From an uncultured Gemmatimonadales bacterium (lineage in GTDB: Bacteria > Gemmatimonadota > Gemmatimonadetes > Gemmatimonadales > Gemmatimonadaceae), in the NCBI GenBank assembly GCA_963851265.1, contig CAWKNZ010000002.1:512001-576000 (forward strand): a stretch of DNA of 64,000 nt, written 5' to 3'. Positions 55,010-64,000 of the stretch are shown one piece after another (position 1 is the first letter of the stretch; each line of letters opens with the position of its first letter). The position numbers and the translations under genes were made by a program. The notes under the pieces are model-generated. The model saw nothing but the letters and a program-made list of their open reading frames with translations, made no database searches and had not been told where the DNA came from.

Positions 55010-57877
55010 TCAGACCTCGGCGGGTTGCGCGCCGAGGACCGCACCGACGCGGTGCACGAGCATTTCGGGAGTGAAGGGCTTCGGCAGGAACGCGACGGTG
55101 TCGGCCGATACGCCGCGGTGGAGGACCTCGTCCTCCGTGTACCCAGAGGTGAACAGGACCCGAGTGTCGGGACGTTCCTGAGCGAGTGCTTCGGCCAGTT
55201 CGCGGCCGCTCATGCCGGGCATGACGACGTCGGTGAGGAGCAGGTCGATGGGGCCGCGGTGCGTGCGCGCGACCGCCAGCGCCTGCATGCCCTCCTCCGC
55301 CACGAGCACACGGTAGCCGTTGCGCGTGAGTGCCTCGCGCGCGATGGTGCGCACGGTGCGCTCGTCCTCGACGAGGAGCACCGTCGTCGGCGTGTCGTGG
55401 GCGTCGCGCAGCGGCGCACCCACGTAGACGCCGTGTGCGGGCGTGCTTCCCTGGCGCCCCGGCGCCGCGGCGACGCGCGGCAGGTAGAGCGCGAATGTAC
55501 TGCCCACGCCGGGCACGCTCGTCACGCGCACGACGCCGCCGGCCTGCGTGACGATGCCGTACACGGTCGCGAGCCCGAGCCCGGTGCCCTTGCCGCGCGC
55601 CTTGGTGGTGAAGAACGGTTCGAAGATCCGGGCCTGCGTGGCGTCGTCCATGCCGACCCCCGTATCGCTGACCGCGAGCCGCACCCAGGGTCCGGTCGCG
55701 ACGCCGGGGTGCTTGGGGTCGGGCGCGTGGACGTCGATGTCGGAAACCCGCACGCCGAGCGTGCCGCCCGCGGGCATCGCGTCGCGCGCGTTGAGCACGA
55801 GATTCATCACCACCTGCTCGAGCTGGCCGCGGTCGGCGAGCACGCGGCCGACCGCCACGTCATGCGCGGGCCGCGCGTCGAGCCGCACGTCCTCGCCGAT
55901 CACGCGGGCGAGCATGGGCTGGAGCTCGGCGACGACGTCGGCGGGCGAGAGGAGCGTGAACTGCGTGACGTGGCCGCGGCTGAAGCTGAGAATCTGGCCG
56001 GTGAGCGCGGCGGCCCGGCGCGCGGAGTCGCGGATCATGGCCATGTCCTCGCGGACGGGCGAGTCGTGCGGGAGGTCCGACAGGGCCAGGTCGCAGGCGC
56101 CGAGGATGCCGGTGAGAAGGTTGTTGAAATCGTGCGCGATTCCGCCGGCGAAGCGACCGAGCGCCTCCATCTTCTGACCGCGCCGCAGCTGCTCCTGCGA
56201 CTCCGCGAGGGCACGCTCGGCTTCGCGGCGCGCGGTGACGTCGACCGCGACGGAGAGGCGTGCGGGGCGGCCCTCGTACTCGGTACCGGCGGTGTAGACC
56301 TCGGCGTCGAACTCCGTTCCGTCGCGCCGCAGGTGCCGCCAGACGCGCGCCGCGCGACGCGAGCCCACCGAGGGCGGGGGCGGCCACACGGCGGCCTCGG
56401 CGAGAAACGTGGGGCGCTCGGGTTCGGGGCGCAGGTCGAGGAGGTTTCGGCGCGTGAACTCCTCGCGGTGGTACCCGTACTGCGCGACGGCCGCGTCGTT
56501 CGCCGCGAGGATCTCGTAGGTCGCCACGTCGGCCAGATACATCGGGAGCGGCGACGACTCGAACAACGAACGGTAGCGTTGTTCGCTGCGGTGCAGCTCC
56601 GCGGTGCGCGCGGTGATGGTCGCGGCCATTTCGCTGAACGTCGCGGCGAGCGTCCCGAGTTCGCCGGGGAGGTGATCGGGCGTGCGGCGCGAGTAGTCGC
56701 CTGCGGCGAGCGCCGTCGCGTCGGCCGCGAGATCGCCGAGCGGACGGGTGATGCGGCGCGCCGCGACGATGGCGAGGAGGATCGCCACGGCGAAGGTGAT
56801 CGCGTCGAGTGCGACGTCGCGCCGCAGGTCTTTGGCGATCGGGGCGAGGGCGGCCGACGTGGGAAGGGCGACGTACACGCGCCACGGGAGCACGCGAGGA
56901 CGGACGGCTGCGACGAGCCGGCCATCCCCCGCGTCGTGCTCGTCGTCGATGAACACGCCGTCAATGCCGTCGAGCGCGCGCGGGGGGTGCATCAGCTCGG
57001 CGATGGGGCGGCCGATCCAGCCTGGCGCGGTCGGTACGCGCGACGCGATCAAGCCGCGCGCGTCGGCGAGAACGATCGACGATCCCTGCGGCAGTCCTTC
57101 GGTATCCAGCGTCCGTCCGAGCGTGGCGAGGTGCACGGTGCCGAGGACGACGCCCCGAACCCGTGCCGCACCGGGCTGACCGACCGACGCCACGACGGGC
57201 TGCGCGAAGATCACCGAACGAACTCCCGTGTCCGGGCGCGCCTGTACCGGATCCGCGACGACGAGGCGGCCGGTGGCGACCGCCTGCTGGAAGTACGGAC
57301 GGTCTGCGGCGTTGACCGCGGCGCGGGCGGGGATCGGTCGGTGGGAGGTGCCGATGTTGGCACCCGACCGCGTTTGCACCCACAGGTTGGTGACGACCGG
57401 CTCGGGGATCGCGCTCTTGATGGCGAGCAGCAGCGAGTCGTTGACGGCCGTTCCCGCGCTGTCGGTGCGCACCTGCGGCGCGAGCGCGACCAGCAGCGTC
57501 TCGATGATGCGAGCGCGCTCGTCGAGGCGGCTGGCGACGTGGCGCGCCGTCTCGAGCGCGCGCGATTCGGCCGCGGCGCGCGCCTCGACGGCGCGGGTGT
57601 GCGCGCGCGACGCCGTGAGCACGATGAACGGGGCGGTCGCGCCGCCGGCCAGGAGGATGAGTCCCATGCGGACGGTCGGGCCATGCCGCCGCGCGCCACG
57701 GACGTCGCGGACGGCTCGCGCCATCCCTCGCCGGATCCACGAAGCGGATGCGGGGCGGGCACCGCGTCCGTCCTGGAGAGCGGAGGCTTCGGGCACCCGT
57801 GAGGCGTGAGGCGCCGCCGAGCGACTCGGCGGGATTTCGGAGGGCACGATGGCAGCGACTTCTGAGCGGGCCGGCAC
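55010..57877 (-). CDS. Hybrid sensor histidine kinase (Cache-HAMP-PAS-HisKA-HATPase-REC)
   Basis: DRPYFQ Cache motif, two TM helices, HAMP, PAS, AHDFNNLL, FEPFFTTK, GTGLGL, receiver TDVVMP/KPF. Start uncertain. Confidence 0.92.
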   Translation of the reverse strand: MPARSEVAAIVPSEIPPSRSAAPHASRVPEASALQDGRGARPASASWIRRGMARAVRDVRGARRHGPTVRMGLILLAGGATAPFIVLTASRAHTRAVEARAAAESRALETARHVASRLDERARIIETLLVALAPQVRTDSAGTAVNDSLLLAIKSAIPEPVVTNLWVQTRSGANIGTSHRPIPARAAVNAADRPYFQQAVATGRLVVADPVQARPDTGVRSVIFAQPVVASVGQPGAARVRGVVLGTVHLATLGRTLDTEGLPQGSSIVLADARGLIASRVPTAPGWIGRPIAELMHPPRALDGIDGVFIDDEHDAGDGRLVAAVRPRVLPWRVYVALPTSAALAPIAKDLRRDVALDAITFAVAILLAIVAARRITRPLGDLAADATALAAGDYSRRTPDHLPGELGTLAATFSEMAATITARTAELHRSEQRYRSLFESSPLPMYLADVATYEILAANDAAVAQYGYHREEFTRRNLLDLRPEPERPTFLAEAAVWPPPPSVGSRRAARVWRHLRRDGTEFDAEVYTAGTEYEGRPARLSVAVDVTARREAERALAESQEQLRRGQKMEALGRFAGGIAHDFNNLLTGILGACDLALSDLPHDSPVREDMAMIRDSARRAAALTGQILSFSRGHVTQFTLLSPADVVAELQPMLARVIGEDVRLDARPAHDVAVGRVLADRGQLEQVVMNLVLNARDAMPAGGTLGVRVSDIDVHAPDPKHPGVATGPWVRLAVSDTGVGMDDATQARIFEPFFTTKARGKGTGLGLATVYGIVTQAGGVVRVTSVPGVGSTFALYLPRVAAAPGRQGSTPAHGVYVGAPLRDAHDTPTTVLLVEDERTVRTIAREALTRNGYRVLVAEEGMQALAVARTHRGPIDLLLTDVVMPGMSGRELAEALAQERPDTRVLFTSGYTEDEVLHRGVSADTVAFLPKPFTPEMLVHRVGAVLGAQPAEV

Positions 57878-58052
57878 GCGACGGCAACGCCGTGGCGAAC
57901 ACGCCGATGCTCAGAAGCGAGTCACCAGCGTCGTGGGCGCGACATGGAACCGCGCCCGTCGCGATGCGCTCGCGCCCCGGCGGTGAGCACCGCCGGGGCG
58001 CGACGAGGTCGCGTTGGGGTCAAACGTACAGATCAGACGGGCGTCGCGCGCC

Positions 58053-59537
58053 TCAGGAACCGAACAGGTCCTCGCCCGGGCGGCGACGCTTTTCGGATAC
58101 CGCGCGGCCGTACTGCCCGCGGTCGTTGCGCGAGATCTTGCGCCGCGCGACGAGCGCTTCGAGCACCAGCTCGCACGCGGCCGCAGTCGCCCCGGGATCG
58201 TCGGGGGTCGCGAGACCCGTCCGGTGGACGATGTCGAGGAGCTGCGGCACCGCGCTGAACGCCTGGGCGACGAGCGTGGAGGGCTGCTCGTCGTCGACCT
58301 GGAGCGCGCCGCCCTCGTCGAACCAGATGATGACCTGGTCGAGGTTGGGCGTACCCGCGCGGGCCTTGAGCGTGGCGTCGGCCGCGCGCCGGATCAGCTC
58401 GCGCGCGATGGAGGCGCCGCCGACGAGTTCGCCTTCGTACTCGAGTTCGAGCTTGCCGGTGATCGCGGGCAGCGCGGCGAAGATGTCGGCGATGCGTGGG
58501 ACGACCTCGGTCTCGCCGGTGCGCACGGCACGCCGCTCCGCGTTGCTCACCACGTTCTCCATGACCGTGATGGGCATGCGCTGCGAGACGCCCGAGCGCT
58601 TGTCCACGCGCTTGTCGCCGCGCGCCTCGAACGCAACGCGCTCGATGACCTCGGAGACGAGCTCGGGAACGCGCACGGCGCGCGCGAACTCGTCGCGGGT
58701 TTCGCCCGCGCCCTGGCGCGCGGTCCACGCCTCCTGCTGCGTGATCGCCATCCCGAGCTCGACCTCTTCGGGGTAGTGGGTCACGATCTCGGAGCCGATG
58801 CGGTCCTTGAGCGGCGTGATGATCTTGCCGCGGGCCGTGTAGTCCTCGGGGTTGGCGGTGAAGCAGAGGAGGACGTCGAGCGGGAGGCGCACGGGGTAGC
58901 CCTTAATCTGGACGTCCCCCTCCTGCATGATGTTGAACAGGCCCACCTGCACCTTGCCGGCGAGGTCGGGAAGTTCGTTGAGGGCGAAGATGCCGCGGTT
59001 GGCGCGCGGCAGCATGCCATACTGGATGGTGAGCTCGTCGGAGAGCAGGTGCCCGCCGCGCGCGGCCTTGATCGGGTCGACGTCGCCGATGATGTCGGCG
59101 ATGGTCACGTCGGGGGTGGCGAGCTTCTCGACGAAGCGCATGTCGCGGTCGACCCAGGCGATGGGCGTGTCGTCGCCCTGCTCGGCGATGAGCTGCTTGC
59201 CGAACTTGCTGATGGGCCGGAACGGGTCGTCGTTGACCTCGCTCCCGGCCAGCACGGGCATTTCGGGGTCGAGGAGGGTGACGAGCGCGCGCAGGATGCG
59301 GCTCTTGGCCTGCCCGCGGAGGCCTAACAGGATGAAGTTGTGTCGCGAGAGCAGGGCGTTGACGATCTGCGGCATGACGGTGTCCTCGTAACCGAGGACG
59401 CCTTCGAAGAGCGGGCCGCCGGCGGCGAGGCGGGCGAGCAGGTTGCGGCGCAGTTCGTCCTTCACGGAGCGCGCGCGGCGCTCGGCATACCCGGCGGCGC
59501 GCAGGGCGCCGAGGGTGTTGGGCAGCGTGGTCGTCAC
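58053..59537 (-). CDS. AAA+ ATPase of the chelatase-like/MoxR-related type, partner of vWA proteins
   Basis: SVKDELRRNL, GLRGQAKS, EKLATPD, NELPDL, TANPEDYT; GTG start. Confidence 0.85.
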   Translation of the reverse strand: MTTTLPNTLGALRAAGYAERRARSVKDELRRNLLARLAAGGPLFEGVLGYEDTVMPQIVNALLSRHNFILLGLRGQAKSRILRALVTLLDPEMPVLAGSEVNDDPFRPISKFGKQLIAEQGDDTPIAWVDRDMRFVEKLATPDVTIADIIGDVDPIKAARGGHLLSDELTIQYGMLPRANRGIFALNELPDLAGKVQVGLFNIMQEGDVQIKGYPVRLPLDVLLCFTANPEDYTARGKIITPLKDRIGSEIVTHYPEEVELGMAITQQEAWTARQGAGETRDEFARAVRVPELVSEVIERVAFEARGDKRVDKRSGVSQRMPITVMENVVSNAERRAVRTGETEVVPRIADIFAALPAITGKLELEYEGELVGGASIARELIRRAADATLKARAGTPNLDQVIIWFDEGGALQVDDEQPSTLVAQAFSAVPQLLDIVHRTGLATPDDPGATAAACELVLEALVARRKISRNDRGQYGRAVSEKRRRPGEDLFGS

Positions 59538-59622
59538 AAAAGGGGGCGAGAGAGGACGGTGCGCGAGGGCGGACGCGAGAACCCCGTGCTTTCGCGCAAG
59601 AGTGTGCAACGCTTCGCGCGGC

Positions 59623-59650
59623 TTGACACGTTTCCGGGGGTCCGTAACTT
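59623..59650 (+). promoter_or_regulatory. Putative sigma-70 promoter
   Basis: TTGACA-N16-TAACTT upstream of the small lipoprotein gene; SD AGGAG at 59756-59760. Confidence 0.5.
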
Positions 59651-59766
59651 CTCGGTGCCGAACCCGAGCGCGACAGCCACCAAATCTACGGCGGCCGGTC
59701 ACTCGGAGCGTGGCGTGTTCATCCCCGTACGCGCCCGATACCCCCGATTCTCTTTAGGAGATCCTG

Positions 59767-60024
59767 ATGAAGCGCTTCGCTTTCGCCGCCGCTGCGGTGG
59801 TGCTCGCTGCTTGTTCGACGAAGGAACAGACCCCGGCCGCCGATACGGCTGCCCCCGCGATGACCCCGGCTCCGGCCGCGGGCGCGACCGGCGCCGCCGC
59901 CGGCACGGACAGCACGGCGATGAAGGCCGCGAACAAGATGGACACGGCCGCGAAGAAGATGGACAGCGCCGCGTCGAAGATGAACGACACGGCCATGAAG
60001 GGCGGGATGAAGAAGACCCCGTGA
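59767..60024 (+). CDS. Small Met/Lys/Ala-rich lipoprotein with heptad repeats
   Basis: Lipobox LAAC, strong SD, own promoter and terminator. Confidence 0.85.
   Translation: MKRFAFAAAAVVLAACSTKEQTPAADTAAPAMTPAPAAGATGAAAGTDSTAMKAANKMDTAAKKMDSAASKMNDTAMKGGMKKTP
59926..59988 (+). repeat. Three imperfect 21-bp coding tandem repeats
   Basis: gccgcgaacaagatggacacg / gccgcgaagaagatggacagc / gccgcgtcgaagatgaacgac. Confidence 0.8.
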
Positions 60025-60057
60025 TTCTGGGGTAAGGCACGGGTCGCTCCGGCGACC

Positions 60058-60090
60058 GAGAGGGGCGACGAGCAATCGTCGCCCCTCTTT
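60058..60090 (+). terminator. Intrinsic terminator
   Basis: gaggggcgacga-GCAA-tcgtcgcccctc followed by ttt, between convergent genes. Confidence 0.75.
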
Positions 60091-60096
60091 GCGTCG

Positions 60097-61248
60097 TCAC
60101 TCCTCGCGCGTGCTACCGGCGAACGGCAGCGTGGCGACGGTGACGCCGCGTTCGGCGGGGCCGTCGTCGGCGGTCCAGCGCGCGCGAAGCGTGGCGCCGA
60201 GCTCGACTTCGCGGCGCACCATGCCGATGGCCACGCCGCCGAGACGCGGAGAGATGGCGCTACTCCGGACCTCGCCGACGACCTTGTCGGCGTCATCGAC
60301 GAGCTCGGCGCTGCGCGGGACGGCGGCCTCATCGGGTGGGTAGGCGATGCCGCGCAGATGCCGGTTCACGTGGCCGCGGAAGTGGATGCGCGCCACGACT
60401 TCCTGTCCGGTGTAGCAACCTTTCACGTACGAGATCGCGTGGAGTGCATCGAGGTTGGCCTCCTGCGGGATCGTCGTCTCGTCGATGTCGACGCCCCATT
60501 CGGGGTAGCCCGCTTCGATGCGTGCGATGGTGTACGCGTCGTCGCTTCCAACGACCACGCCGGCTACGGCGTGGCGCACGCGTTCCCACGCCGCGTCGTA
60601 TTGCTCGAGCGGCGCGATCACGAGGAATCCGTCGAGCCCGAGATCCGGCACGCGGGCCACGAGCAGCGGCGCACCCGCGAACGCGATCGTCGCGTGTGCG
60701 TACTCCGGAAGCGCCGCGACGGCCGCCGGCGGCGCGCCAAACGCTTCTGCGACGGCGTCGCGCGCGCGTACGCCGTAGACGCCGAACGCGCGCAGGCTCT
60801 CGTGCTCGCGGCGGTAGGGCGCCGAGCGCGGGTTGACGAATTTCCGAATCAACGCGCTCCAGCCTTCCGCCGCACGCGGCGGCACGTCGACGACGAGCCC
60901 GACGCCGTCGAGCCAGTTGGTGCCCGACCCGGGGTCGCACGCGAACACGCGCACGTCGGCGGTGATGCGGCCCTTGGGCGTGAGGGCGGCGGCGTAGCAG
61001 CCGAGGTCGGGGGCGAGCCCTGCGACGTCGTTCGTCACGAGCCCGGTCACGGTTTCGGCTGCCTTGGGGCCGCGGAACGTCCAGAGATCGCGCGCGCCGT
61101 GCGATACGAGGAGGGCGCCGGTGCGTAGCGCCGCGTACTGCGTGGCAACGTCGGGGTCGCGCTGGGCGAGCGTCCCGAGCGCGTGCGGCACGCCGTGGCT
61201 GCGGGCGGCGGAGATCGGGATGACGGCGGACTCGGAGGGATCGCTCAT
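60097..61248 (-). CDS. ygfZ: Folate-binding YgfZ/GcvT-like protein
   Basis: KGCYTGQE signature, TND, LTPKGR; start at MSDPSES. Confidence 0.88.
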   Translation of the reverse strand: MSDPSESAVIPISAARSHGVPHALGTLAQRDPDVATQYAALRTGALLVSHGARDLWTFRGPKAAETVTGLVTNDVAGLAPDLGCYAAALTPKGRITADVRVFACDPGSGTNWLDGVGLVVDVPPRAAEGWSALIRKFVNPRSAPYRREHESLRAFGVYGVRARDAVAEAFGAPPAAVAALPEYAHATIAFAGAPLLVARVPDLGLDGFLVIAPLEQYDAAWERVRHAVAGVVVGSDDAYTIARIEAGYPEWGVDIDETTIPQEANLDALHAISYVKGCYTGQEVVARIHFRGHVNRHLRGIAYPPDEAAVPRSAELVDDADKVVGEVRSSAISPRLGGVAIGMVRREVELGATLRARWTADDGPAERGVTVATLPFAGSTREE

Positions 61249-61970
61249 CGGCGCGGGACGGACAGGAGCTGGACGGAGGCAAGGCGCGGCGGGAACTCCG
61301 CATCGACTGCGGTGCGGACCCCAGCGAGAGTCAGGCCGCGGACCGGAACGTCGCGCCCGACGAGCACGGGGCTCGCACCCGACTGACGTGCCGCGTCGAA
61401 ACCGGTGCGGCCTGCCACGAGTGCCGCGACCGTATCCGACGGACCGCGCGGTCCTACCGGCCGCGCTACCGCGAGCGTGTTTCCGCGCCGCGTGCGCGCG
61501 ACTGCGTGGCGATAGCGGCCCAGCGCCGTGGTGAAGCCGGCGCCGTCGTCGCAGGCCGCAATGAACCGGACGTGCTCGAGAAGCCCGGCGTGGGCCAGCA
61601 CACGCTCCGCGTCGTTGCGGCGCCATGCGGTCACCACGCCGAGCCGGCACTCCGCCGCGAGTGTCCGCACGGCGTCGGCTGCGCCGTCGACGAGGGTGAC
61701 CCCGGCTGCGATCCGGGTCGCGTACTCGCGTTCGGCGCGCAGGGCGGCGAGCGCGAGAGCGGTCTCATCACCGGCGCCGATGGGGGCACCGTCGCTCGTG
61801 CGGGCACGCGCGACCGCATGCACGAAATCATCGACGGTCGACGAGACGTCGTCGTCGGCCACGACCGTTTCCGGGGTGGGCTCGCCGAGCGCCGCAGCGA
61901 CTGCCTCGGCGCGCGCGAGTCGCGTGTCGACCACAACTCCGTCGAGTTCGATCAGCACGGACGCGATCAT
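61245..61970 (-). CDS. HAD-fold protein (degenerate catalytic motifs)
   Basis: IELDGVVVDT (motif I-like), GVVT (motif II); ATGA overlap with ygfZ. Confidence 0.65.
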   Translation of the reverse strand: MIASVLIELDGVVVDTRLARAEAVAAALGEPTPETVVADDDVSSTVDDFVHAVARARTSDGAPIGAGDETALALAALRAEREYATRIAAGVTLVDGAADAVRTLAAECRLGVVTAWRRNDAERVLAHAGLLEHVRFIAACDDGAGFTTALGRYRHAVARTRRGNTLAVARPVGPRGPSDTVAALVAGRTGFDAARQSGASPVLVGRDVPVRGLTLAGVRTAVDAEFPPRLASVQLLSVPRR

Positions 61971-62052
61971 GCGGACAGTCTACACCATGCGTCGCAGGTC
62001 ACATGCAGCAGACGGATTATTCTGCCGGTGACGGACGTCACCGATTAGCCGC

Positions 62053-62823
62053 TCACGCCAGCGGGCTACTCGCGTCGTGTGGACCGTGACCGTTGGAGCG
62101 GGCGCGCGTGTGGAGCGCGGCGCGGGATTCGACGTCGGCGACGGCTCGTTCGAGAAGACGCGCCACGTAGAGCGTCCGCTCGACCGGGTCCGACGAGCCG
62201 AGTACGCGCTGACGCGTGGCCAACTCCAGCTCGATCGCGCCGGCGACGGCGAAGGCGACCAGGGCGTCGTCTGCGGGAATCGGCGACTCGACAGCCGGGG
62301 TGGCTGCGAGCGGACCCGTGGGCGTGCCGAACGATGGCGTCGCGGAAGCGCCGGCGGGCGCGTCGAGCGGCGGTTCGTCGGCGAGTGTGCGGGCGCCCCG
62401 GATCACGCGGGCAAATGCGGCGCGGGCGCGCCGGGCCGCGTCGGCGAGGGCGATGCGATCGATGTCGGGCGCGTCGCCGAACGGCCGTACCTGCGCGACG
62501 TGGTACGGCGTGCCCGCGGCGATGAGGCGTTCGAACGCGAATCGCTCACCCGCGTCGACGAGGATGTTGCTGCGACCGTCCCCGAGCGGCACGGCTTCGC
62601 GGATCGTGGCGAAGCAGCCGACGTGACCCGCGGGGATCGCGCGCTCGTCGTCGCCGGTGCGGAGGATGATGCCGAATCGACCGTCGGCCGCGCGCACGTC
62701 GGCGACCATCGCGCGGTAGCGCGGCTCGAAGATGTGGAGCTGGAGCTGTGTGCCGGGAAAGAGGACCAGAGCCAGCGGGAAGAGCGGAATCCGGGTCGTC
62801 TCGCCCGACTGGGCCTGGGTCAC
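62053..62823 (-). CDS. Lon protease N-terminal (substrate-binding) domain protein
   Basis: PLFPL..VLFPG..LQLHIFEPRY. Confidence 0.88.
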   Translation of the reverse strand: MTQAQSGETTRIPLFPLALVLFPGTQLQLHIFEPRYRAMVADVRAADGRFGIILRTGDDERAIPAGHVGCFATIREAVPLGDGRSNILVDAGERFAFERLIAAGTPYHVAQVRPFGDAPDIDRIALADAARRARAAFARVIRGARTLADEPPLDAPAGASATPSFGTPTGPLAATPAVESPIPADDALVAFAVAGAIELELATRQRVLGSSDPVERTLYVARLLERAVADVESRAALHTRARSNGHGPHDASSPLA

Positions 62824-63227
62824 GCGGACGGGACGATCAGGCGCCCGATCATCGCGCGCAACTCGGCGAGTTCAAACGGCTTGTTGAGCACCGGACAGGC
62901 CGATCGTTTCAGGAACTCGGACGCCTCGGGCGAGACCGAATCGCCGGTCGACAGGATGAGGCGGTCGAGCAGCGCGGGCCGTTCGACGGCGAGCCGTTCG
63001 TACAGGTCCATGCCCGAGATGTCGGGCATGCGCAGGTCCGAGATGATGACGTCGTAGTGCGGACCGCCGTCGGCGAGCAGGAGGTTGAGCGCCTGCCCGC
63101 CGTTTTCCGCGTCGTCGACCACCCAGCCCTGGCGCTGGAAGAACCGTCGCAGCGCGTGTCGAATGACCGGCTCGTCGTCGACGAGCAGGGCGCGGTACGG
63201 AGCCGGTTGGCTCAGATCGTTCGGCAT
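62820..63227 (-). CDS. Single-domain response regulator
   Basis: VDDE, SDLRMP, STG, KPF. Confidence 0.88.
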   Translation of the reverse strand: MPNDLSQPAPYRALLVDDEPVIRHALRRFFQRQGWVVDDAENGGQALNLLLADGGPHYDVIISDLRMPDISGMDLYERLAVERPALLDRLILSTGDSVSPEASEFLKRSACPVLNKPFELAELRAMIGRLIVPSA

Positions 63228-63392
63228 GACGGGAGGTGCGGGGGTCTGCCAATGCCGGCGGGGATGCTGCGGCCGGTCGTCGGAGGAGCGCACGCAACGG
63301 GGGGCGGCGCCGGCAAAGCTAGCGCCGCCCCCCGCCAACGGCGGCGCCAGGCCGCGGCCCGCGCGCGGCCTGGTCGCGCGCCGCGCGGCCGC

Positions 63393-64000
63393 TCACGCCG
63401 CCGTCCAGAACTCGCTGAGGGCGGGGCCGTGCGCAGACTCGCGCAGCTTGGCGAACGCGCGCTCGCGAATCTGGCGGATGCGCTCGCGCGTCACGCCCAT
63501 GACGGCGCCGATCCGCTCGAGGGTCATCTCCTCGGAGCCGGGTTCGAGCCCGTAGTACAGCACGAGGATGCGGCGCTCGCGCGGCGTGAGGCAGTGTTGG
63601 AGCGCGTACTGCAACTGCTCACAGACGAGCCGGTCGGCGAGCGCGTCGTCGGCGTCGATCGTCCGGTCGTCGGCGATGCGCTCGCCGAAGGTGCCGGCCT
63701 CGCGCGCGGCGCGGTCGATGGGCGCGTCGAGCGCGATCTCGGGCGCGGCCATCTGGCGGCACTGGCGGACGATCTCGGGCGCCTCGCCGAGCAGCTCGGC
63801 GAGTTCGTCGTCGGACGGGTCGCGGCCGAGGCGTTGGGCGAGGATCGCGTGCGCACGGCCGGCGCGGATGAGCGCGGTATTCTGGTTGAGCGGCACGCGG
63901 ACGGCGCGCGTTTGTTCGGCGAGCGCCTTGAGCACCGCCTGACGGACCCACCACACGGCGTACGAGATGAACTTGACCCCCTGATCCGGGTCGAACTTCC
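63393..64000 (-). CDS. RpoD/SigA-family sigma-70 factor (5' end outside the window)
   Basis: KFDP..GVKFISYAVWWVRQ (region 2); TLERIG..MGVTRERIRQI (region 4.2). Confidence 0.92.
   Translation of the reverse strand, partial: KFDPDQGVKFISYAVWWVRQAVLKALAEQTRAVRVPLNQNTALIRAGRAHAILAQRLGRDPSDDELAELLGEAPEIVRQCRQMAAPEIALDAPIDRAAREAGTFGERIADDRTIDADDALADRLVCEQLQYALQHCLTPRERRILVLYYGLEPGSEEMTLERIGAVMGVTRERIRQIRERAFAKLRESAHGPALSEFWTAA

Noticed and set aside
57395..57412. IPEP sequence as a PEP-CTERM signal
   Set aside because: It is internal to the kinase sensor domain and is not followed by a C-terminal TM helix and basic tail.
55025..57802. 925-aa ORF antisense to the hybrid kinase (also 14058-15905, 41232-42944 and 24191-25699)
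   Set aside because: These are shadow ORFs expected opposite real genes in high-GC DNA, with no recognisable motifs.

Overview
This is a high-GC (roughly 70% by eye) window from a diderm-type bacterium; Gemmatimonadota is my guess from gene content and is not confirmed. About 2.4-53.5 kb is a large surface-glycan locus: Wzm/Wzt ABC exporter, 7 GT2, 6 GT4, 2 GT-C membrane transferases, a priming sugar transferase, an O-antigen ligase/Wzy-like protein, Wza-like SLBB protein and Wzc, 2 epimerases, a methyltransferase, exosortase plus EpsI, a sigma-54 two-component pair, an acyltransferase-3, and an ACP/FabH/hexapeptide-acyltransferase module. Methionine genes (yitJ-like, metH), gltA and mutY are interleaved with it. 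The window ends with vWA/AAA+, hybrid kinase, ygfZ and sigma-70 genes. Non-coding signals read directly from the sequence: (1) a c-di-GMP-I riboswitch ahead of an Ig-like/lyase-like lipoprotein, with a CRP-like box upstream; (2) an ATCCG-N6-CGGAT operator shared by both methionine genes; (3) a multi-hairpin RNA candidate of about 310 nt after epsI; (4) a sigma-54 promoter ahead of wzc; (5) a frame-independent, iterated heptamer GCCTAAC (15 copies counted by eye). I saw no tRNA, rRNA, CRISPR array or transposase. Several start codons were re-chosen by eye and are approximate.
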